32,000 bases of DNA, from the NCBI GenBank assembly GCA_000166095.1, contig CP002278.1:990001-1022000 (forward strand), written 5' to 3'. Shown here one piece after another: positions 9,404 through 17,467 of the stretch. The position numbers were made by a program, and so were the translations under genes. This DNA is from Methanothermus fervidus DSM 2088. Lineage in GTDB: Archaea > Methanobacteriota > Methanobacteria > DSM-2088 > Methanothermaceae. The notes under the pieces were generated by a model. That model was not told where the DNA came from, ran no database searches, and worked only from the letters and a program-made list of their open reading frames with translations. The stretch's first letter is position 1, and each line of letters starts with the position of its first letter.

Positions 9404-10615
9404 TTACCAAATATCCACAGTTTTATCCTTATTTGTAAACCTAGTTACATGTTTAAATACAGATTTTGGAGCTATGTATTTACATATTTCCACTATTTGT
9501 GGGTTACAACCTTCAATACAATATTTTAACTGTAACTTAAGAAGTTTGTGATACCTCATAAAATTTGTAAAAATGAGAGTTGTACTTACTGCATATGTAT
9601 TTGGGTATTTACCTAAATTTAATGTTATTTCTTCACCAGGATCCAAAACTAGCGAATATTCTTTGTAAAATACTTTATTTCCTTTAACACTATCAGTGTA
9701 AATACTTACATAATATGAAATCTTTACAAAGCTGTTTCCTAAATTCTTTATTGTTATATTATAGAGATAAGGTGCAAAAAAATCAGGGTCTATCATACTA
9801 TACCTAAATATAGCAAATCCACTGGCACCATTCTCCAATGCAGCCCTGATATCTTGGACTAGTTCACTTGCTGGCAACTTAACAGGATTTTTATCTGATC
9901 TATATGCAAGTATTCCTGTGACAACTGGCTTTAATGAATGCTCAACAACATATCTAGTTACTTTCCCTATCCACTCAGTTGTTTCATTGTAGTTACCTTT
10001 GTAAGCCATTGGAACAATGAAGTCTAGATATCTTGACATATTTGTGTAATCTTGGCCATATATATAGTTAGCCCACATTTCTGGCATAACTGCTGCTGAA
10101 ACTAATGCATTTGGCTTTATCTTCTTCACTGATTCATATACATACTTAACTATATCTGCTATTATATCTGTACCATTCTTTGGTGCATTTCCTGGATATC
10201 TTATGTAATCTAGGTGTATTCCATCAACGTTGTATTCCTTTATATACTTAGTTGCCTTCTGAACTAGCACATCTTTGATTTCAGGGTGCTTAACTGGGTC
10301 TATCCATGTATTGTTTTGCCTTAAGCACATTATCCATGCATGGACTCTTATATTTTCATTCTTGGCCTTGTTTATGAATTCTTTTGTGGAGTTTTGAAGT
10401 GTTGGATCCTCAAAAGCCCTTTGAAATAAAAAAATATTAGTTATATCTCTACTTTTTAAATAACTAAAACTCACATTGTCCATTTCTGTGGACCAAACCC
10501 AAACACCATTTAAAGATGTAGAAGAAATATTTTGAGCATGAACACAATCTAAATTTAAAATTAAAGCTAAGCTAATGCTAATCAATATTAAAGCCATAGG
10601 AATGTGAGAATTCAC
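9404..10615 (-). CDS. Secreted putative glycoside hydrolase (GHL10/PF02638-like TIM barrel) with C-terminal TVDIW module
   Basis: Signal peptide MNSHIPMALILISISLALILNLDCVHAQ (GTG start); GVWVWSTEM, VHAWIM, YNVDGIHLDYIRYPG, YLDFIVPMAYKGNY. C-terminal ~117 aa shared with the protein at 26249-29167. Confidence 0.75.
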   Translation of the reverse strand: MNSHIPMALILISISLALILNLDCVHAQNISSTSLNGVWVWSTEMDNVSFSYLKSRDITNIFLFQRAFEDPTLQNSTKEFINKAKNENIRVHAWIMCLRQNNTWIDPVKHPEIKDVLVQKATKYIKEYNVDGIHLDYIRYPGNAPKNGTDIIADIVKYVYESVKKIKPNALVSAAVMPEMWANYIYGQDYTNMSRYLDFIVPMAYKGNYNETTEWIGKVTRYVVEHSLKPVVTGILAYRSDKNPVKLPASELVQDIRAALENGASGFAIFRYSMIDPDFFAPYLYNITIKNLGNSFVKISYYVSIYTDSVKGNKVFYKEYSLVLDPGEEITLNLGKYPNTYAVSTTLIFTNFMRYHKLLKLQLKYCIEGCNPQIVEICKYIAPKSVFKHVTRFTNKDKTVDIW

Positions 10616-10646
10616 ATCAGTCCCTCCAATTCTTAATATTTTTAAA

Positions 10647-12182
10647 TCAACTTATAAATTTTTCCAATATGTTAGCTATTTTATCTATATATTTAGCTAG
10701 TGGCCCCATTTTCCTTCCGGCTTTTCTTATCAACTTTATGTCTTTTTCTTCAAAACCTTTTAAAACCATGAGGAAAATTGTATAGATTACAGGACTTATG
10801 AATACCATTAATATTAACATAAAGATTGTTTTTGGTAGGAATGACAAAATAATACCCAAAAGCAATGAAGCAATTATTATTTTTGTAAATGCAGAGAAAG
10901 GAGGTTTCACTCCAGTTACTTCAAATGTTTTAAACATTGATATTAGCATTATTATAAATGTTGCAGAACTTGTAGCTGTAGCAGCTCCAACCATTCCATA
11001 AATAGGAATTAAAAACCAGTTAAATATGAAATTCAATATCGTTCCAAAGAACAGAATATACATAGGAAGTGATGGACGTCCTACTCCCTGAATTATACTG
11101 GAAGATACAACAAAGAATGTATAAAATGTCATTCCCATAACCAATATTCTCAATGGTTCGGCTCCAGGAACATATTGGCTTCCAAAAAGCAATGAAATTA
11201 CAGGTGATGCAAATACAGCTATTCCAACACATATAGGCAGCACTGTTAACATCACAATTCTATATGATTGTGTCACATAGTCTTCTAAAAGTTTTTTATT
11301 TTTTAAAGAATAAGCTTCTGAAGCTGCTGGAAGCGCTGCTGTTGCAACTGAAATGGATATTACCAAAGGTAATCTTGCAATAGGATCTGCAGCAGAATAA
11401 TATCCAAGATATATCGTAGGTAAAAAGTGACCAATTAAAAATGTATCAATATCATATATAGCCATTTCAGATAAAGCTGCAAGAATAACAGGTATTGAAA
11501 AATTTAAAAGCATTTTAGCTATTTTAATTTCTTTTTTAAAATCTATTTTTGGATATGTGAAATCATCAGCTAAATATTTTTTAAATACAATTAATGATGC
11601 TATTAAAGACACTAAAAATCCTAAAGCAGTTCCAATTACAGCCCCAACAACATAAAAACCTAAAACGACCAATATTGCTGCAAAAATAATTATACCAACT
11701 TGTTCTACAAATCTTGTTACAACGATATATTCCATTTTATAAATTCCTTGAAATAAGCCTCTAAATACTCCAACAATCACGCTAAAAGGCAATATTAGAG
11801 CTACAGCTTGTAATGGAAGTATAGCGTTTGGTTTGTGAAAAAAGTTACAAGCTATCCATGGAGAAGTAAAAAATATTACTAATGAAAATATGAACGCTAA
11901 AAGTATCATTAGTTTCATTGATACATATAAAACAGCCCTTGCATCTTCTTTTTTATCCAATACCATATATTCGGCAACATATTTAGCAATGGCTGGTGGT
12001 AGCCCCCCAGCAGCCAATATCTGGAATATTCCTTGAAAAGGCATTGTAAGTCCTAGTATACCATAACCTTCTGGCCCAAGCATCCTACTCATTAGGAATC
12101 TATAAATATATCCTCCAATACGAAAAATAAAATTACCAATTATTATTAAAAATGTCCCTTTCACAAGCTTTGAAGTACTCAT
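10647..12182 (-). CDS. Polysaccharide/oligosaccharide flippase (Wzx/RfbX, MATE/MviN-type)
   Basis: 511 aa polytopic membrane protein; GNFIFRIGGYIYRFLMSRMLGPEGYGILGLTMPFQGIFQILAAGGLPPAIAKYVAEY pattern. Confidence 0.85.
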   Translation of the reverse strand: MSTSKLVKGTFLIIIGNFIFRIGGYIYRFLMSRMLGPEGYGILGLTMPFQGIFQILAAGGLPPAIAKYVAEYMVLDKKEDARAVLYVSMKLMILLAFIFSLVIFFTSPWIACNFFHKPNAILPLQAVALILPFSVIVGVFRGLFQGIYKMEYIVVTRFVEQVGIIIFAAILVVLGFYVVGAVIGTALGFLVSLIASLIVFKKYLADDFTYPKIDFKKEIKIAKMLLNFSIPVILAALSEMAIYDIDTFLIGHFLPTIYLGYYSAADPIARLPLVISISVATAALPAASEAYSLKNKKLLEDYVTQSYRIVMLTVLPICVGIAVFASPVISLLFGSQYVPGAEPLRILVMGMTFYTFFVVSSSIIQGVGRPSLPMYILFFGTILNFIFNWFLIPIYGMVGAATATSSATFIIMLISMFKTFEVTGVKPPFSAFTKIIIASLLLGIILSFLPKTIFMLILMVFISPVIYTIFLMVLKGFEEKDIKLIRKAGRKMGPLAKYIDKIANILEKFIS

Positions 12183-12194
12183 TAAACCACCTTT

Positions 12195-13121
12195 TTACTC
12201 TGTCAATACTACACATGCATCCTTTTCTACAAGTACCGTATGTTCTGCCTGAGAAACCCATGAATCGCTTTTTTCTTTTAAAACATGATAGGGATAAATA
12301 ATTCGTGGTCTAATAAGAACTTTTAATGCATGTTTTAATCCTTTACTTCCAAGTTTTTTCTCTAACCATCTTTCTGCAAAAGGCAATGTCCTATATTCTT
12401 TTTTCACATGTCTTAAAACACGTAATGCATATGGATCTCTCACAGGCCTATCTCTCAAAAATCTAAATATATAAGTTTCTGGTTTGTCAACAACATAACC
12501 AACACCATCTGTTGCAAATGGTTCTATTGCAACCACATCTCCTTCCCTTAATTTATGAGAGTTTTGACCCTTAACATTTGGAATAGATAATCCTGAATGT
12601 AGGACCCATCTATCAATACTATGCCCTGTTAAATTACTGATGGGTTTAAATCCAAATTTATTTATTGTATTTTCAATTACTTCACCAATTTTACCTATTT
12701 CCACACCATCTCTTATTGTATTAATAGCATTTTCTAAGGCAGATTCTGCGGCTTCTATCATTTTTTTATTTTTTTCTGCCAATTCATCGTTATAATTTTT
12801 TAAATCTTCATAACCTTCCACAAGTACTGTAGTTGCAGTGTCTCCAATGAAACCATCTACATGGACGCCTATATCAATTTTGACTAAATCACCTGGCAGT
12901 ATTTTCCTATCATCATTACATGGTGGACTGTAATGTGCTGTAATTTCATTTACTGATATATTACATGGGAATGCTGGTTTTGCACCCATTTTTTCTATTT
13001 CATTTTCTATAAATTCTGCCAAATCCAATATTTTCATTTCGCCTTTTACAGCTTTAATTGCTTTTTTTCTAACTTTTGATGCAATTTTGCCAGCTTTCTT
13101 GAACTTTTCCATGATAACCAC
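12195..13121 (-). CDS. map: Type II methionine aminopeptidase
   Basis: ITAHYSPPCNDDRKILPGDLVKIDIGVHVDGFIGDTATTV; NLTGHSIDRWVLHSG; VVAIEPFATDG; QAEHTVLVEKD. Confidence 0.93.
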   Translation of the reverse strand: MVIMEKFKKAGKIASKVRKKAIKAVKGEMKILDLAEFIENEIEKMGAKPAFPCNISVNEITAHYSPPCNDDRKILPGDLVKIDIGVHVDGFIGDTATTVLVEGYEDLKNYNDELAEKNKKMIEAAESALENAINTIRDGVEIGKIGEVIENTINKFGFKPISNLTGHSIDRWVLHSGLSIPNVKGQNSHKLREGDVVAIEPFATDGVGYVVDKPETYIFRFLRDRPVRDPYALRVLRHVKKEYRTLPFAERWLEKKLGSKGLKHALKVLIRPRIIYPYHVLKEKSDSWVSQAEHTVLVEKDACVVLTE

Positions 13122-13323
13122 TCACTTAACATGCAATTAAAAGACATTTTATCCATGCTTTTTTACAATCAAAAATTTTATTATGGATATAACTTTTCAT
13201 CCAAAAAATCAATACTACTCTAGTAAATTTTGTTACTCAAAAATAAAAACCATAATTTGAAAATTATAAATTTTTTTACACTCCTTAAATTTATACATAA
13301 AATTCAAAAATTTTATTTGTCCG

Positions 13324-13338
13324 AAAACTTTATATATG
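13324..13338 (+). promoter_or_regulatory. Putative BRE/TATA promoter of the tRNA array
   Basis: gaaaactttatatat located ~35-50 nt upstream of the first tRNA, matching the archaeal A-rich BRE + TTTATATA TATA-box pattern. Confidence 0.55.
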
Positions 13339-13372
13339 AAAAATTCAAAGGTAAATTATAGCTAAGAAGAAT

Positions 13373-13445
13373 GCCGCCGTAGCTCAGTAGGTAGAGCGCT
13401 CGGCTGTTAACCGAGTGGTCGCAGGTTCGAGTCCTGCCGGCGGCG
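13373..13445 (+). tRNA. tRNA-Asn(GTT)
   Basis: Complete cloverleaf: acceptor GCCGCCG/CGGCGGC, anticodon arm CTCGG-CTGTTAA-CCGAG, T arm GCAGG-TTCGAGT-CCTGC, G73. No encoded CCA. Confidence 0.96.
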
Positions 13446-13452
13446 TTATTTT

Positions 13453-13526
<74 letters not shown>

Positions 13527-13539
13527 TTTTTTTCCTAAT

Positions 13540-13614
13540 GCTCCGGTGGTGTAGCCCGGCCAATCATTTCGGCCTTTCGAGCCGAAGACTCGGGTTCAAA
13601 TCCCGACCGGAGCA
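13540..13614 (+). tRNA. tRNA-Glu(TTC)
   Basis: Acceptor GCTCCGG/CCGGAGC, anticodon arm TCGGC-CTTTCGA-GCCGA, T arm TCGGG-TTCAAAT-CCCGA, A73. Confidence 0.95.
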
Positions 13615-13637
13615 TAATTTTTTTATTTTTATTCATA

Positions 13638-13721
13638 GCGGGGGTGCCCGAGTGGTCAAAGGGGACAGGCTTAGGACCTGTTGGCGTTAGGCCTTCCAGG
13701 GTTCGAATCCCTGCCCCCGCA
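13638..13721 (+). tRNA. tRNA-Leu(TAG)
   Basis: Acceptor GCGGGGG/CCCCCGC, anticodon arm ACAGG-CTTAGGA-CCTGT, long variable arm TGGCGTTAGGCCTTC, T arm CAGGG-TTCGAAT-CCCTG. Confidence 0.95.
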
Positions 13722-13737
13722 TGTAAGAAATCACAAT

Positions 13738-13811
13738 GGCCGGGGTGGGGTAGTTGGCCATCCTTCGGGACTGTGGATCCCGCGACTCGGGTTCAAATCC
13801 CGGCCCTGGCC
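13738..13811 (+). tRNA. tRNA-His(GTG) with encoded G-1
   Basis: G-1 then acceptor GCCGGGG/CCCTGGC, C73; anticodon arm CGGGA-CTGTGGA-TCCCG. Confidence 0.94.
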
Positions 13812-13846
13812 TTATTTTCATCCTTTAAAACTAATTTTGTGGTATA

Positions 13847-14263
13847 ATGTATAGAAAAGGTTATTGTAGAGAATTAGATCTTGTAAATCTTTTTTGGGAT
13901 AAAGGTTTTGCAGCTCTCAGAGTAGCAGGTTCCGGAAGTTCTTCAAAACCATTGCCAGATATTGTAGCAGGGAATGGAAAAAAATATTTAGCAATAGAGG
14001 TAAAGTACACATCAAAAGAAGTTCTATATATTAATTTCAGTAAAATCGAAGAGTTAATTAAATTTTCAAAACGATTTGGAGCTGAAGCATATATAGCAGT
14101 AAAATTTAGCCATAAAGATTGGCTGTTTTTATCACCAAAAGATCTAAAGAAGACTAGAAGTGGTAACTATCGTATTGATATTGATTTAGCAATGCTGAAA
14201 GGTAAGTTATTTGAAGAGATTATTGGGGAAGAAAAACAAATGAAACTTATTGATGATCACTGA
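13847..14263 (+). CDS. hjc: Archaeal Holliday junction resolvase Hjc
   Basis: YRKGYCRELDLVNLFWDKGFAALRVAGSGSSSKPLPDIVAGNGKKYLAIEVKYTS: the E, SGSS, PDI, EVK nuclease motifs. Confidence 0.93.
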   Translation: MYRKGYCRELDLVNLFWDKGFAALRVAGSGSSSKPLPDIVAGNGKKYLAIEVKYTSKEVLYINFSKIEELIKFSKRFGAEAYIAVKFSHKDWLFLSPKDLKKTRSGNYRIDIDLAMLKGKLFEEIIGEEKQMKLIDDH

Positions 14264-15201
14264 GAATTTTTTACCATATGGACAATTCCTACCTCTACAA
14301 TAGGACCTAAAAAATGTATCTCTGCCAGTTTTTTATGACTTTTAACTTTAAAACCTTGGTTTCTTAATTTATCAATTAAAATTTTAGGATTTTCAAAATT
14401 TTCATATCTGTGGTATTCAAATATTATTTCTTTAAACATTGAAAGATCAGAATTTTTTATTATTTCATATTCGCAACCTTCACAATCCATTTTTAATAAA
14501 TATGGCTTCACATTATATTCATCAATTATTTTTTCAATTGTCGTTGATTTAACTCTAATTTTCTTTTCACCATTTGTATATGCTGAAGCACCACCACTCA
14601 TTTCTAAACCATCATATGAAATTTTTATTTCTCCTTCACTACTACTAACAGCTTTATTTATAAATTTTATTCTATCTGCCAAATTTTTATTTAAATTTAT
14701 ATTTTTTAATGCAAGTTTATACACTTCTGGGATAGGTTCAAAAGCATAAACTTTATAGCCTTTTGATGCAAAATATAAAGCTGTATCACCTATGTTACCT
14801 CCAATATCTATCACCGTTTCATCATCTTTCGCTTTTCTAACTCTATATTGTTCTTCAACAAAAGTTTCATAAATTGAATAAACTACAGAATTCAAGAACC
14901 TTATACCATTGATTTCTATAATTTTGTTGTTTCTTTGGTTTAAGAATGCTTTTAAATTATTTATTCCTACTTTGGAAAGTTTTTGAGAGCATGCTAATAT
15001 CAAGTAATCAAAATATTCTCTCTCTATATCATTTTTATCCAATTCGATGTTTCCCAAATATTTAAATGCACATTTACATTTATCTTTCAATCCTAAACGG
15101 AACAACAAAACACTTAAAGCACTTAAAGGATCTTTAGTTGCTTTAAAAATTAATTTTGTCCACAAATATTTTGACTTCAAATTTTTAATCAATCCTTCCA
15201 C
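14257..15201 (-). CDS. FkbM-family SAM-dependent methyltransferase
   Basis: ETVIDIGGNIGDTALYFASKGYKVYAFEPIPEVYKLALKNI...PYLLKMDCEGCEYEII, typical of FkbM. Confidence 0.85.
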   Translation of the reverse strand: MEGLIKNLKSKYLWTKLIFKATKDPLSALSVLLFRLGLKDKCKCAFKYLGNIELDKNDIEREYFDYLILACSQKLSKVGINNLKAFLNQRNNKIIEINGIRFLNSVVYSIYETFVEEQYRVRKAKDDETVIDIGGNIGDTALYFASKGYKVYAFEPIPEVYKLALKNINLNKNLADRIKFINKAVSSSEGEIKISYDGLEMSGGASAYTNGEKKIRVKSTTIEKIIDEYNVKPYLLKMDCEGCEYEIIKNSDLSMFKEIIFEYHRYENFENPKILIDKLRNQGFKVKSHKKLAEIHFLGPIVEVGIVHMVKNSQ

Positions 15202-15216
15202 CTCTTTTTAAAATTC

Positions 15217-16371
15217 TCAACTCTTAAAAGCCTCAAAATTATTATACCATTCTTTTAATTTATTTTTTAATTTCTTTTTAAATACTTCAAAGTCAAATGG
15301 CTTTGCAAATTCTCTTATTTTTTCATTATCCCATTCTAAGTCATCAAGTATATTTATTGCCTTTGCAATTGAGTTTTCATCCCCTTTAGTCACTATTCCT
15401 CCATTATAAATATTTAAACCATTTTTGTTTTGTAAATAACCAGTTTTTTTTAGTAATATTGGTGGAAAACCAGTTTTATTTACAATGACTGGTTTTCCAG
15501 CTGCAAGAGCTTCGACAGGTACAATTCCAAAATCTTCATTTTTGGGGTTATAAATGACCGCCTTACATCTTGAAAGAAGATCTAATTTTTCTTTGTTATC
15601 AACATAGCCTTTAAACTCAATTAGCTTTCCTTCATAATTTTTAACATATTCATATGTTTTTTTATCATTTCCTTCCTCTCCAATTAAAACTAATTTACTT
15701 CTAGTTTTTTCACAGGCATTTATTACAGGCATTATTTGTTTTGCTTTATCAAATCTGCCTATATGGAGAAAGAAATCTTCATTGTCTTTAAATTTATAAT
15801 TTTTGAGTTTTAAAGGAGGATACAAAATTGTTGAATCTCTTTTTAAATATTTCCATAGCCGATGCTTTATCACTTCAGAATTTACAAAATAATGATCGAC
15901 TCTTGAATCAACAATACTATCAATGTATCTAAAAAAATTCGCAAAAAAGAAAGATAAAATTCCTTGATTATATGATTTCTTCCAATAATAATGCCATAAA
16001 TCATAAAAAAATCTCATTGTTGAGTGACAGTAATTTACATGCATTACATCCTGTGGTGTAATCAAAGCTCTTGGAGGATTTCCAGATGAAATAATAATAT
16101 CAAAATCATCAATTTCACCTATATCTATCATCTCATAATACAAATAAAGGAATGATGCAATTTTTGGTTTGAAAATTCTAGCCCAGCGAGGAATATATTC
16201 AAACAAATTAATTATCTTTATTTTTCTTGCTTCTGGTTCAATTAATTCCTCATTATCTTTAAAAGCAAATGTATATATCTCTTTTTTGTCTAAAGCTTCA
16301 GCTATATCTGCTACTAATTTTTCTCCACCACCTGATATCACAAAGCTTTCATGGAAGATCCCTACTTTCAT
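15217..16371 (-). CDS. Glycosyltransferase family 4
   Basis: GGGEKLVADIAEALDKKEIYTF...FLHIGRFDKAKQ...IYNPKNEDFGIVPVEALAAGKPVIVNKTG (GT-B EX7E motif). Confidence 0.87.
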   Translation of the reverse strand: MKVGIFHESFVISGGGEKLVADIAEALDKKEIYTFAFKDNEELIEPEARKIKIINLFEYIPRWARIFKPKIASFLYLYYEMIDIGEIDDFDIIISSGNPPRALITPQDVMHVNYCHSTMRFFYDLWHYYWKKSYNQGILSFFFANFFRYIDSIVDSRVDHYFVNSEVIKHRLWKYLKRDSTILYPPLKLKNYKFKDNEDFFLHIGRFDKAKQIMPVINACEKTRSKLVLIGEEGNDKKTYEYVKNYEGKLIEFKGYVDNKEKLDLLSRCKAVIYNPKNEDFGIVPVEALAAGKPVIVNKTGFPPILLKKTGYLQNKNGLNIYNGGIVTKGDENSIAKAINILDDLEWDNEKIREFAKPFDFEVFKKKLKNKLKEWYNNFEAFKS

Positions 16372-16449
16372 TTTTTTACCTCACATTATTTAATTCAACA
16401 TCTATATATTTAACCGAATTAATATTATTAATAAAATTTTGAGGTGTGA

Positions 16450-17467
16450 AATATATGCAATGTTTGTGCTGTTGCAGTTACTCATGGTGATAGATTTAGT
16501 ATTTACGTAAGTGTATTAGTGCGGCATTTAATGAAGGTGTTAATAAGGCTATAATTGTTGACAATAATTCAGATCCTAGAAGTAGAGAAAAATTACGTAA
16601 ATATGAAGAAAATAATGATAAAATAAAAGTTATTTATTTAAATGAAAATCATGGTACTGCTGGTTTTAAGACGGGAATGATGGAAGCATACAAAGATAAA
16701 GATTGTGAATTTATATGGTTACTAGATAGTGATAGTTTACCTTGTCCTGGATCCTTGGAAGCATTGAAAAAAACTTGGAAAAAGTATAACTGTAAAAATA
16801 AAGAAAAAAATTTAGTTTTATGTTCTCGAAGACCAAAACATGAACATATATATATACAAGAATTATTTGGAAGAATATCAAAAAAATGCCTTTTGTGGAT
16901 TTTCGGTGAGCAATATTTTAAAAAGTTACTTAAAGAAATTAAATATTAAAAATTCCAAGCCTAAACGTTTTGATTTTATTGAAGTTCCTGCAACTGGATT
17001 TGGTGGCATGTTTTTTCATAAAAAGCTGTTAGATGTTGTAGGATACCCAAAAGAAGAATTTTATCTTTATTTTGATGACACTGAATGGTCCTACAGAATT
17101 ACAAAAAATGGTGGCAAAATAATAATTGTTTGGGATAGTGTTGTAGAAGATTCATTAGAACCTGGTACTGAAAATGAAGATAAGAAAGAATTTTTATCTT
17201 TATATAAGCCATCTAACTTATATAGGGTTTATTATTTTGCTAGAAATGGAGAATACTTTTTTTAGGAAAATATATCCAGCAAAACGAAATAAATTACTGT
17301 ATTATATTAACATGTTTACATTTCTTTTTATTGTCTTGCTCCACGATATATTTATTAACCATTCTTTAATAGCCTTAAAAACTATTTTAAAAGCAAAAAA
17401 GGATGGGAAAAAAGGTAATTTAGGTAAAAATCCAAATTTTGAATACCAATCCACAAAAGTAAATTAA
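16450..17467 (+). pseudogene. Glycosyltransferase family 2 (rhamnosyltransferase-like), multiply frameshifted
   Basis: Reassembled across three frames: VCAVAVTHGDRF / YLRKCISAAFNEGVNKAIIVDNNSDPRS...NHGTAGFKTGMMEAYKDKDCEFIWLLDSDSLPCPGSLEAL... / LKKLNIKNSKPKRFDFIEVPATGFGGMFFHKKLLDVVGYPKEEFYLYFDDTEWSYRI... / FFRKIYPAKRNKLLYYINMF. Frame breaks near 16498, ~16930 and ~17262; no start in the first frame. Confidence 0.85.

Noticed and set aside
9404-10615. Possible lipobox in the signal peptide (LNLDC)
   Set aside because: The residues before Cys (L-D) do not fit the usual L-[AS]-[GA]-C lipobox; Sec cleavage near VHA-Q is simpler.
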